Below are positions 11,601 to 20,427 of a stretch of 64,000 nucleotides of DNA, piece after piece (the first letter of the stretch is position 1; each line of letters opens with the position of its first letter). Under the pieces are notes generated by a model. It did not search any database. It had not been told where the DNA came from and saw nothing but the letters and a program-made list of their open reading frames with translations. Origin of the DNA: a virus (Duplodnaviria; Heunggongvirae; Uroviricota; Caudoviricetes). The stretch lies in the IMG/VR virus record IMGVR_UViG_3300029996_000255. One strand, written 5' to 3'. Position numbers and translations under genes: made by a program.

Positions 11601-14247
11601 TATTTTGTTCTGATATTTTATACGCTTCAGCATCATCATTATAGGCTTGTTCTAATAATGCGAACAATTCTTCCGAACTCAATAATCCGTTTCTGAACTG
11701 TTTAACCGACTCATTCAACTCAGGAAATGCTTTAGCAATTGAATCCAAAGTAGAAGATGATAATCTGTTTGTATTTTGCAACTCATCTTGTACAGATTTA
11801 AGTAAATCAGCGTGTGTTTCAAGTTCAGATAAACTATCTCCAATTGAACCATCTGCCGTAAGTTTAAAACTTGTATTATCAAATATCTGAGATATCTTAT
11901 TGGCATCAGATTCAAATTTAGAAATTATTTTATCGTATGAATCTTGTGAGAGTGAACCTTCTTCTACCTTCTTCTGAAGATTACTTTGTACTTCTGATAA
12001 CTTTGCCTTTGCCAATTCTTGATATGAATTTGCAGCATCATAATTAGTCGAAGCTAAATATTTTGTTGCATCAGCTTCAGTTGTGATACTTTCAACAGTA
12101 GAAGCTAAATTAGCAAGTGCTTGTTGTTTCATATCCTCAATACGAGCTTGAGTAAGTTTATCTAAGGCTTCTTGGTCGAGAGTAAATGCACCAGACTCCA
12201 TATCAATGTAATCGAGCCAATTATCACCTAATGCGATAACGGATTGCATTGTATCAATTGAAATATTTCCATTACTGTTATATTCAGAAACAGCAGAAGA
12301 GAGCGTAGAATAAGCAGATTGAATTTCATCCAATTGAGAATTTAGCTTACTTAATGTTGACGGGGCGTTATCACTCCCCATATCGAATAATTTAGTTTCT
12401 TTGAAAGTGTTTACCTGTTTAGCATAATTTTCTCGTGCTTTAGCAGCACTATTAGCAGAAGATGCAATTTCTTTCCAATTGTCAATTTCTTCTTGAGTAT
12501 TTACGGAATGTTCTTTAAACCATGAATCCCAATCAAAATCAGGTTCTTTCTTTTTTGCTTCTTCTATAATGTTGTTATACTGTTGAGATATATTATCAGC
12601 TACATCATAACCAAGACCTTTTTTTAAAGAATCTGCATCAGTACCAATATAATCAGCAATTTTTTTAATGTAATCATCAATTGCTTGCTTATCTTTTGAT
12701 ACATCGCCCATATTATTAGGATCAATTGCCAATAGAGACTTATAAGCATTAGAAATACCTTCTTTATTATTCTCGATACCATCAATAATTTTTTGTACAA
12801 ATTTACTATTAATATCAGAATCTTTATTGAAAGTGCCAGCGGCTGCTTCAGTTAAGGCATTATCAATTAAGGAACTTATTTGATTTATTTGTTCATCATT
12901 CAAATTATCATAATCTGAATTATATACAAAATAAGCATTTGCTTTAGTCTTAATTCCTTTCATTGCCTCGTCAACTTCTGCCTGATAAGTTGCTAAATCA
13001 GCTTTCATATTCTGAATGATAGTAGTAACTTCTTGGTCAGTGCTATCGGTATCTAATCCATATGTCTTTAATAAACTTCTAAAAACAGTATCCGAACCTA
13101 TAGAGCCAGAGTAATTTCTTAAATCCTTAATAGATAAATTTGTGGCTTTTTCAAGATAAGATATCTTTTGAGTTGTGGATAAGCTTTTAACTGTTGATTT
13201 ATCAGAATTAAATGTGAACGCAGATTTAAAGGCATCTTTTATGCCAGTCTTTGATTCATTTTTATAATTCTTGACTACATTAGTATTCTCCTTATCACTG
13301 CCACTTATAACACTAGCAGCGGCTGCTTTCTGTTCATCCTTATATGCTTTTGTTAAAGCCTCAACATTACCCTTTAAGGTTAATATTGCAGTACCTTCAG
13401 AAGTATGTCCTGCTATTAAAGAAGGATAAATATCAGCAATCTGGTTACAAATATCTTGATATTTTTTATACTCATCAGTTGTAAGTGAAACATTATTACC
13501 TAATTCATCAACACCCTTTGATAAAGTTTCATAATCATCTTTTATATTATTGATGGTCTTTTTGTGCGATTCAAGAGTCTTCAAACTATCATTATATGAT
13601 GTAACCATATCATCTACGGCTTTTTTCATATTTTCGGCACTATTTATTATATTGGAAATACCTTTTATAATGAATGAAGCAATAGCAGAAGCTATAGCAC
13701 CTATGACCATATTTAAGGCAGTAGTAGCAATTGATAATGCAATTGTCTTTAATTTTGCAATACCAAGACTCTTGATATATCCACCAAGTCCAGCATTTGC
13801 ACCATTAAGACTTGTAAGATAATTACCAAGTTTCATATTATGAGAAGCAACAACTTCAGCAAAAGCATTACTCTCTTTTACAGAACTCTTTAAGAGACTG
13901 TTATATTCTTTAATATTTGCATTAATACCTTGAAAACTGAAAGACTGTTTTGCAATGTTCTCATAATTCTGCTTGGTAATAAGTTCGTTAATAGATTCCC
14001 TTTTAAGTACATCATTCTTTTTAATGTATTCCTCAAGACCATTTACTTTTGAATACTTACCATCTTCAAAAGTTTCAGTTAATACCTTCTGAAGCTGAAT
14101 AGTATCACCTTTAGCATTTTTAATAGCTTTGCGTAACTCATCTATTTTATCTTTACTTAAATTAGTAAGTTTTTCAACCTCGGTAAAATTTTTTGTTCCA
14201 CCTAACTTATCAGTAATACCCCAGTTATCAGCTAGTATTTTTCCTAT
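8620..14247 (-). CDS. Tape measure protein, exon 2 (1875 aa)
   Basis: The 1738-aa track ORF is open 137 codons further upstream (IGKILADNWGITDKLGG...) with no ATG; helical TMP character; C-terminal GYKNGT...TDEKGLGSE motif. Confidence 0.85.
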   Translation of the reverse strand: MGKILADNWGITDKLGGTKNFTEVEKLTNLSKDKIDELRKAIKNAKGDTIQLQKVLTETFEDGKYSKVNGLEEYIKKNDVLKRESINELITKQNYENIAKQSFSFQGINANIKEYNSLLKSSVKESNAFAEVVASHNMKLGNYLTSLNGANAGLGGYIKSLGIAKLKTIALSIATTALNMVIGAIASAIASFIIKGISNIINSAENMKKAVDDMVTSYNDSLKTLESHKKTINNIKDDYETLSKGVDELGNNVSLTTDEYKKYQDICNQIADIYPSLIAGHTSEGTAILTLKGNVEALTKAYKDEQKAAAASVISGSDKENTNVVKNYKNESKTGIKDAFKSAFTFNSDKSTVKSLSTTQKISYLEKATNLSIKDLRNYSGSIGSDTVFRSLLKTYGLDTDSTDQEVTTIIQNMKADLATYQAEVDEAMKGIKTKANAYFVYNSDYDNLNDEQINQISSLIDNALTEAAAGTFNKDSDINSKFVQKIIDGIENNKEGISNAYKSLLAIDPNNMGDVSKDKQAIDDYIKKIADYIGTDADSLKKGLGYDVADNISQQYNNIIEEAKKKEPDFDWDSWFKEHSVNTQEEIDNWKEIASSANSAAKARENYAKQVNTFKETKLFDMGSDNAPSTLSKLNSQLDEIQSAYSTLSSAVSEYNSNGNISIDTMQSVIALGDNWLDYIDMESGAFTLDQEALDKLTQARIEDMKQQALANLASTVESITTEADATKYLASTNYDAANSYQELAKAKLSEVQSNLQKKVEEGSLSQDSYDKIISKFESDANKISQIFDNTSFKLTADGSIGDSLSELETHADLLKSVQDELQNTNRLSSSTLDSIAKAFPELNESVKQFRNGLLSSEELFALLEQAYNDDAEAYKISEQNKYIYTNDFWNQVVTGNEKLQNMLTSFYGNDWKEWKNLAEAKAGCEAQLVSKLGNLWSKYFENQLTAFKIVKDAETGMMSVQDNEDSPLNQKSNPLKTGFAGAKMMDNLHQEIKASQEKDKEKILNYVNEYNYAWKRLQETFKNNAPDLSITTDWQSLGKDSSSSSGSSDSSSEPSPQDFNWVERLLSKISKAYDRLKNKVSDTTRTWLNRNNALSDSMETLLSEINAQSDAYDFYMDRFNSYDLDGYYKDQIANGSFNIETVYDDDLKDAISDCQDLYDKAQDAADSVQSLNIEIRQLAKSRFDNIQSQFEEVLGKVNSIKDLYSKDNDFLEEQGWFASTLLNNSMMEQEQKNLEKLEQERDALTKALNSAMASGKIEAESEDWYSMQSAIDDCTSSIYDAKKALVEYDNAIRQINWDAFDRTRDDVSNLIDETQFLVDLLKDEDITDDNGNINDNGKAAQALIAQKYQLYLNQAKAYKDEILKIDEELTKDPYDKELLDRKQELIKAQQDAINSSISEKEALKDLVQEGYDTFLDKLDEVIQKYKDLMSQQKDAYDYEKSIVEKTKALNALEKQYSAYQGDNSEEGKKNIQQLKDQINTAKDDLKDTEYEKLISDTQAILDNLADTTKTWLDERLDSFDITMQEIIDQSNENASNISQTITTTAENYGYKLSESMSSIWSLNANNITNGINSVLGDFSNKFVEGNNAINKVCGDINAAVQGLLKNSNDEAQRVADEIARQQAEQNANTDGGYSDGGGSSGGSNDWSDNWDNSDSGSSDDGGSWGDWFYHLEDDYPKDLLEVDSSIVDRLKYNDIDSSFGARADYYSAMGGDGEYYGSSDQNIWMLDQLKSHGYKNGTKSATAGIHRTDEKGLGSEVIFSKKYGTLRKLDAGDMVFNADQVEKLWNLSKGIITPNMYMDNLGAKLPDIPNISNNLANKVDVEFGDVTLSLPNVKNYEDFMKQMVSDKRFLKAVQEGTLGQVLGRNSLNMLTFR

Positions 14248-14267
14248 CGTTAATAAATACTTTGATA

Positions 14268-14296
14268 TTGTGAGATATGTTAATTAGTGTTATTAT
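14268..14296 (+). promoter_or_regulatory. Sigma-A-type promoter for intron cargo genes
   Basis: TTGTGA-N17-TATTAT with extended -10 TG, ~30 nt upstream of SD GAGGAG and ATG 14329. Confidence 0.55.
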
Positions 14297-14328
14297 ATTC
14301 ATATACAATTGTGAGAGGAGATTAATAT

Positions 14329-14907
14329 ATGAGATATTGTTTACGATGTTGTGATATTTGTTCGGACACATCTGAAGAATATGAATTATGTCCAGAAAGT
14401 TGTGGTACTTGTGGTGCAACAGGTGAAATGCTTAAAGAGGATGGTGTAACAGGCGAACAATATGAACAAATGACCGAAGATGAAAAGGATGAATACGAAG
14501 TTAAAATCCGTTTAGAAGTTGAAAATTCACCATATTTTAACGAAGAACTTTATAGAAAATATAGCATGGGTGATCCAGATTTTTATTATAACTTTCGTTA
14601 TGATGAATATACACGCTTAACAGGTAAAAAAGCTGGTCAAAAGCTAACTCCCGAAGAAGAAGCCGAAGAAAAACGCAAATTTGAGGAATCTATGCGTGGA
14701 GCAGAAGCGGATTACTATTTCAATCTTGGCAAACAAAAACGTGAAGAACAAGAAAATGCTAATAAACCTAAGTGCCCAACTTGCGGTTCTACAAACATTA
14801 AAAAGATGAGTGGAATAGAACGTGGAGCTTCAATAGCTGCATTTGGTATCTTTAGTAAGAAAATTAATAAGACTTTCAAGTGCTGTAATTGCGGTTATAC
14901 ATGGTGA
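14329..14907 (+). CDS. Intron cargo: zinc-ribbon protein with short hydrophobic hairpin
   Basis: 192 aa; N-terminal Cys cluster, C-terminal KCPTCGS...GASIAAFGIFS...KCCNCGYTW; SD GAGGAG. Confidence 0.8.
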   Translation: MRYCLRCCDICSDTSEEYELCPESCGTCGATGEMLKEDGVTGEQYEQMTEDEKDEYEVKIRLEVENSPYFNEELYRKYSMGDPDFYYNFRYDEYTRLTGKKAGQKLTPEEEAEEKRKFEESMRGAEADYYFNLGKQKREEQENANKPKCPTCGSTNIKKMSGIERGASIAAFGIFSKKINKTFKCCNCGYTW

Positions 14908-14924
14908 TAGGGAGGTGCAATTTT

Positions 14925-15053
14925 ATGCCAACAAATAATAACAACAAAGACAAAAAATCCACAGATACCAAACCAAAGGGTGAAGTAAGAAATATTAATA
15001 CCACAACCAAAGGGTTATTCGATTATCATAAAGAAAAGAAAGATAAAAAATAG
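14925..15053 (+). CDS. Intron cargo: small Lys/Asn/Thr-rich peptide (42 aa)
   Basis: SD GGAGGTG, MPTNNNNKDKKSTDTKPKGEVRNINTTTKGLFDYHKEKKDKK*. Confidence 0.55.
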   Translation: MPTNNNNKDKKSTDTKPKGEVRNINTTTKGLFDYHKEKKDKK

Positions 15054-15172
15054 TCACTTACTTTTCTTAAACACGTTAAACATATTTTCAAATAGACCAG
15101 GAGTAGTGGTATTTAAATTCTTGATTTCTCCAACAGGTTTGTTTGTTTTATGCTTTTTAGGAGATTTTTTAC

Positions 15173-15700
15173 ATGAAGACAAAAGAATCACTTCCTTCCT
15201 ATGAACTTAGTTTATACGAAAAACTATATGAAAAAGAAATCACATATAGAAACAATTTTAGCGATAAAGCATATAAGAGTATCACTGTGATAATATCGTT
15301 ACTTGGTGCAAATGTATGGCTTGTTACAAAATTCATCTCTATTTTTAACTCTGAATGTTGTTTTATGAAATCAATAAACGGAATTCTTATTGCGGTCAGT
15401 ATAGTTCTAACTTGTATGGTTGTAATTGGATTCTTCAATGTTTTATATAATTATAAAGAAACAAGGCAGAAACCAGAAGATATACAAAAGCTTTTAGAAG
15501 AATATAAGTCACTAAATGATATTGATAGCAATGTAATATATCTTATGAACAAGTCATTGATAGTATCTTATGCAGAAGCTGCGGTTAAGACATACAATGA
15601 GACACAAAAGCATACTGGATTATTTAAGAAGGTGTATCTTTGGATTATTATTGAAGTTATTGTCTGTGCTGTTTTATTCTTTTTAGAGATATTAGTTTAA
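15173..15700 (+). CDS. Intron cargo: membrane protein (3 predicted TM segments)
   Basis: 175 aa with hydrophobic segments at ~36-56, ~68-90 and the C-terminus; SD AGGAG. Confidence 0.75.
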   Translation: MKTKESLPSYELSLYEKLYEKEITYRNNFSDKAYKSITVIISLLGANVWLVTKFISIFNSECCFMKSINGILIAVSIVLTCMVVIGFFNVLYNYKETRQKPEDIQKLLEEYKSLNDIDSNVIYLMNKSLIVSYAEAAVKTYNETQKHTGLFKKVYLWIIIEVIVCAVLFFLEILV

Positions 15701-15827
15701 TGCAACTTCCCTGAGCCATTACAATATTTCGTAGAATAAGATAAATACACCTAAACATATGTTCCTAATAGTAAAATCTTCCTCAAAGTAGTATGATAGT
15801 GTTATCAAATTACGGAGGGGTATCACA

Positions 15828-16055
15828 ATGTACGCATTTAAAATTAAAAACAAAGATGGTAAAGTTCAAGAGTATGAACATATCAAAAAAGTATATTATG
15901 GACATAAGGGTATATCCGAACATACTCTTGAAGGTGATAAAATATTCAATCATCAATACTCTACGGGATATGATTTACATTTATATTCTGAGAATAATGC
16001 ATTTACCATCGCTAGGTCAGAAATTTCAGTTATAGAAGTGGTAAAAGAAAATTAA
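15828..16055 (+). CDS. Intron cargo: small hypothetical protein (75 aa)
   Basis: SD GGAGG, MYAFKIKNKDGKVQEYEH..., beta-strand-like pattern. Confidence 0.7.
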   Translation: MYAFKIKNKDGKVQEYEHIKKVYYGHKGISEHTLEGDKIFNHQYSTGYDLHLYSENNAFTIARSEISVIEVVKEN

Positions 16056-16192
16056 TTACCATACCCGAATTCAATTATCACTTCTGTATTGAGTTCGGGT
16101 ATTTTATTAAGATCAAGAGCCTTTATATATTCAATAGCTGGTTTTAATTCCTCTAATTCGTTGATTTTAATTTTAATATTTAAATTTGTCAT
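16052..16192 (-). CDS. Intron cargo: small hypothetical protein (46 aa)
   Basis: SD GAGGT, MTNLNIKIKINELEELKPAIEYIKALDLNKIPELNTEVIIEFGYGN*; tail-to-tail overlap with 15828-16055. Confidence 0.5.
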   Translation of the reverse strand: MTNLNIKIKINELEELKPAIEYIKALDLNKIPELNTEVIIEFGYGN

Positions 16193-16266
16193 TATTTTTA
16201 CCTCACATCATAATAATTTAGGTTATTCCGTCCAAATAAATAGATATAATAAAAGAGTAGTCAATT

Positions 16267-16443
16267 ATGCTAAAAATTCATTATTGTCCAAACTGTCACA
16301 GAGTTACATATACACATTATCTTACAAATGTATGTCGAGTATGTAATTGTGATTGTATAAAACTCGATATTGACTTTAAAGAATTCTTCTCAATGAATGA
16401 AGTTGAAAGAAAAGAATATATATCGAAACACATTGGCTTATAG
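16267..16443 (+). CDS. Intron cargo: small zinc-finger protein (58 aa)
   Basis: MLKIHYCPNCHRVTYTHYLTNVCRVCNCDCIKLDIDFKEFFSMNEVERKEYISKHIGL*; two CxxC motifs. Confidence 0.6.
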   Translation: MLKIHYCPNCHRVTYTHYLTNVCRVCNCDCIKLDIDFKEFFSMNEVERKEYISKHIGL

Positions 16444-16660
16444 AATACAAACTGCTGTTCTGGATTGTATTTAATTTTGTACAATGGTAAAATATAGACA
16501 TTGGAGAAACAACATGGATGTGTGCCATAACACTCTATAACCGAAGGTTGTCCCAATGTCTATTTTTGTGGCATTCGGAATAAATATCTGCCCATTCTGG
16601 GCTAAAAGAATATTCCCTACTTATTTATATTCTTACTAAGAAGGGAGGTGAAAATACATA

Positions 16661-16846
16661 TTGAATATATTATATGCCGAGATAATCGGTTCAATAATTC
16701 TTGGAATATGTTATGTAATATGCCACATAGCTTCAATCGTTGGCAAATGTTACATTGCTAAAATCTGCAAAGACTACAGTGATTCCAAAACTGGAAGTTT
16801 AGCAGAAATGACTTCTAAGGATATCAATATCAATCTTCATCATTAA
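16661..16846 (+). CDS. Intron cargo: small single-TM protein (61 aa; type I toxin/holin-like architecture)
   Basis: Strong SD GGGAGGTG, TTG start, hydrophobic N-terminal helix, followed by a terminator. Confidence 0.6.
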   Translation: MNILYAEIIGSIILGICYVICHIASIVGKCYIAKICKDYSDSKTGSLAEMTSKDININLHH

Positions 16847-16886
16847 TGTTCTTCATTTATATATTTATTCTCCTTTATTTCATCAG

Positions 16887-16916
16887 TAGGGCTGTCTCAC
16901 GACAGTCCTATTTTGT
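16887..16916 (+). terminator. Plus-strand intrinsic terminator closing the cargo region
   Basis: TAGGGCTGTC-TCAC-GACAGTCCTA followed by TTTTGT; no U-run on the minus strand. Confidence 0.65.
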
Positions 16917-17435
16917 TATTCTCTTTTATGTTGATTATACTTAATATACCTCTCACAATATATTAATTATGGTGTAAAGTGTATCAACTATCACCTTCAT
17001 TTTAAGTACACCTCTTATTCTCCCCTGAGCACACATTAACGATTTCATTAACCGTCTAGTCCTTATGCTCGATGATCGTAGTCTTTGCAAAAATGTTTAA
17101 GACTGTCGGATGCGGATTTACCTTGTTTTAGTGATATTACCATACCTCATGCTTTCACATTCGCCGCTATAACCTTTCGTATTATAGTTTGGTTACTAAA
17201 ACAAACTTTTTTGGTTTTCCCGTACTATGTTGAATTCATAGTAACTGAAAGGATTTCTTTACAAACCTCGCTATTATGCCATATTGACTCATAGCCACGA
17301 TTAAGTGCCAGTCATTCTCTACTATTTTACAATTAGAGTCCTTGCTTATTATACAATAAGTTCGCACACCTCACGGTTAAACTCTACGGTAGCTAGGAAA
17401 GGAGAATTGTTAATAAAATTTATTAACCTTATCAA

Positions 17436-20417
17436 ACCACCGCTTTTATTTGAAGCAATAATAGTTGCAATTGCTCCTAGTATGGTTGGAAGATGCTTTT
17501 CTACTAATTTAAAAAATTTAGAAGCACCTTCAGTTAAATCTGTGGTAAAATCTAAAACAGATTTAACAGTTGTAGTATCAATTACATTGTACCAAAATTC
17601 TTGTGCTCTATTTTGAAGTTGCTGAAATTTTCCATCAACACTATCTAAATAAGCATTTAATTCGTTTTCTGCCGAGCCTTTGGAATTTTGAGCATCCTCA
17701 TATACTGAACGAAGCATATCTCCATTTTGAAGAATTGAAGCCGCAATATTACTACGATTTTTACCTGCTATAGTCTCCAATAATAAGTTAAGATTATTTG
17801 TTCCTAATTCTTTATCTTTCTTGACTATTTCATCGTATAAATCTGCCAATCCTTGCATGATTTCATACGTACTCTTGTAATTTCCGTTAGAATCAAAAAT
17901 ATCCAAGCCTTTACCGTCTTTTGTTGCAGCGGAAGTTGCAGATTGGATAGTATCTCTCAATTTTGACGCTGTAGTTATCATGCCATCTGTTTCTTCACCA
18001 AGATCTTCAAGCTCTTGTTTTGCTTGAGTAGTACCCACGAGTCTAAGTGAAATAGTACGAAGACCTGCTCCTACCTTAGACGGATCTTGAGTGATTGCGT
18101 TGCCAGCCGTTGTAAGGGATACAGCTTCATTTAAGTCATTATTAGCAGTTACTAATGCACTAGCTGAATCTTTAAGAGCTGTTGCCAATCCGTCAGTTGA
18201 GATGCTGTAATTATTACCGATATTATTTAAAACATCAATTATGTCCATTTTATCAAGGTCTTTATAAGCCTGACTCATAGACACAAGTGAGTCGGTTGCC
18301 TCATCTATTCCTTCAAATTCAGATACGTTAAGTAAGATATTTGCATCTTTAGCTGATTTAGCAGCTTGATCTATCGATTCACCCAAGCGCATCCAATCTG
18401 CTGTGGAATTTTGTATCTGTTTCGCAGTAGTTCCAACTGCGTCTGCTGTATCGAATGTAGTATCTTGATATCTCTTTAAACTTTGAACAGATTCATTGGA
18501 TACTTTTCTCATTTCAGTAAGAGCAGTATCTAATTGCCTAACAATACTAACTCCTTCTTTACCATATCTTATAAAGTCATTAAATCCAAAATATGTACCA
18601 ATAGCACCAGCGACACCATACCACGCTTTTTCCTTAATAACTGACCACATACTTTTGCCGCCACGACCAGCCTCAATTTCAGCATTGACTATTTGCATAA
18701 TCTTTCCGTGAATAACATCTAATGATGCACTTGGATTACCAGATTTAATTTCAGCATAGTAAGCTTTTATCTGATTCTTAGCTTCTCGTGACATTCCAGA
18801 ATGCTCTTTAAGAATATTATTGATTTTATCTAATTCTTTTTGAGCAGATATAAGGCTATATCCCTTTTCGGCAGCCGACATATTCTGAACAGCGGTAATA
18901 TTTTCTTTGATAAGTTTTTCTTGTTTATCTAGTTTACCAAGTTCTTCTTCAGTCACCAATTCAGGATGTTTTTTTAAATTATTCAGAATATCTTCATATT
19001 GTTTAACAGCTTCTTTAACAGCATCAACTCGCTTCTTATAATCATCGCTTGTCCAACCACCATTCTCAAATCGAGCAATAGTTGCATCATAGCCAGATGT
19101 TTTCTTGGTATAAGATTGGAGGCGAGTATCATACTTCGAGAGATCAACATTAGACACTTCTTTATCAGCATTAACAATTTTCTCTTTAGCTTCAGCATTC
19201 TCTTTAGCTTTCTGAGTATTCTGTTCTAATACATTATTCTCTTCTTTGATTGAATTAGTAGCAGTCTCTACAGATGCAGAAACATCTTTATCAGGAAATA
19301 CGTCTTTCATGTCCTTATTCTTAACACTCTTCAACGCAACACTTGTCTTTTCAGCTGAGTTAGATGCAGCCTTACCAAAGTTGTCTATTGCATCTTGCGC
19401 AGATTTAAAGGTCTGAGTAACAGAAGCACCTGCGTTTTCAACGTCAGTTAATTTCTTAGTAATTGTTACGAATTCACTACTGTCAACTTTTATAGAATAT
19501 TCATCACCAAGATTTAAACTATTTTTTATTTTTTGCGCCTTGTCTAATGTTTCTTGATATGTAAGAGCAGGAGAGGTTTCACGACCAAAATTCTCTAATG
19601 CTGTTTCTAATTTGTCTACACCATTTGTTACAGTCTTAAAACGCTGTTCAAAAATATTACCATCAGCATCGACTTTTGCGGAAAATGATTTCCATGCGCC
19701 ATCAGCATCTTTTATTTTTGCACTTACCTTTACAAGACCATCAACAAGCTCTGTGTTTACAGTTTCACCAAGAATTGTATATCCAGAATTTGATAATTTT
19801 TCATTAATTCTATTAGGAGAGTAATTTAAGAAATCTTCTTCTGATATTTTTCTTCGTTTTGCGTATCTATCCTTTTTAGGTGGACTAGGTGGGTTTGTAT
19901 TTCCAGATGAAATATTCGTTTTCTGTCCAATCTTACTCTGTGCATCAGCCAACTTCTCAGCTTCTTTGGCAGCATCTTGATATGCATTACTAATATTCTC
20001 CACTTGTTTGACAGCACCACTCGTATTGCCCATGTTTTTATTAACATTGAGAATATTCTGACTCAGTTCAGAAAGCGACTTGTCAATATTCTGGATAGAA
20101 GAGAGTAGTGTCTTCGTACCAGAATCATCTACTTTACCAAAAGCTTTACTTAAGCTCTGTACTTCTGATACAATACTTGATAACTCTTTTGATAAATTCT
20201 CAAACTGTTTAAAATCACCCGTTCCTTTTCCAAGAGAGTCAAGCATTTTATCAAGTTTTTGAATAGCACTTTCTAATGTCTTTGTATCTATATCTAATTT
20301 TACTTTTCGGTCTTCATTGGTGAAATTATTAATTTCTCCTTCGGCAACCTTAATTCGTTTTTTTAAATCTTCAATGTCAATACGAATTTGAGCTTGCCAA
20401 TTTGCTATTCCTGACAT
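17436..20417 (-). CDS. Tape measure protein, exon 1 (994 aa; unspliced ORF runs on to stop at 17349)
   Basis: TP901-type core: LDTALTEMRKVS, ADWMRLG, IIDVLNNIGNNYSIST, VGAGLRTISLRL, KSTYEIMQGLA. Confidence 0.9.
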
Positions 20418-20427
20418 AAATTACCTC

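Larger units (their letters stand above)
14248..17435 (-). mobile_element. Group I self-splicing intron (3188 nt) carrying cargo genes
   Basis: P1 with U.G at the 5' splice site, IGS 17400-17386, P3 (17253-17248/17064-17060), P4 (17224-17219/17116-17111), P5abc, P6, P7 (17070-17066/17031-17027), P8, omega-G at 14248, P10 with exon 2; splice product is in frame. Confidence 0.85.

Noticed and set aside
1293..13822. Plus-strand and nested short ORFs in the tail region
   Set aside because: Antisense or alternate-frame shadows of long structural genes.
17363..17367. GTGCG on the minus strand as a group II intron 5' end
   Set aside because: No domain V/VI or RT ORF seen; it lies inside the P2 region of a coherent group I fold whose P1/P10 define different, in-frame splice sites.
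14228..17616. Track ORFs 14228-14419, 15199-15438, 15793-16035, 16089-16346, 16317-16556, 17085-17294, 17305-17616
   Set aside because: Shadow frames of better-supported genes or antisense to the intron core; no convincing SD.
8620..20417. Two independent tape-measure genes, or a TMP pseudogene
   Set aside because: The downstream half lacks an SD/start where its open frame begins, and the predicted splice restores one frame.
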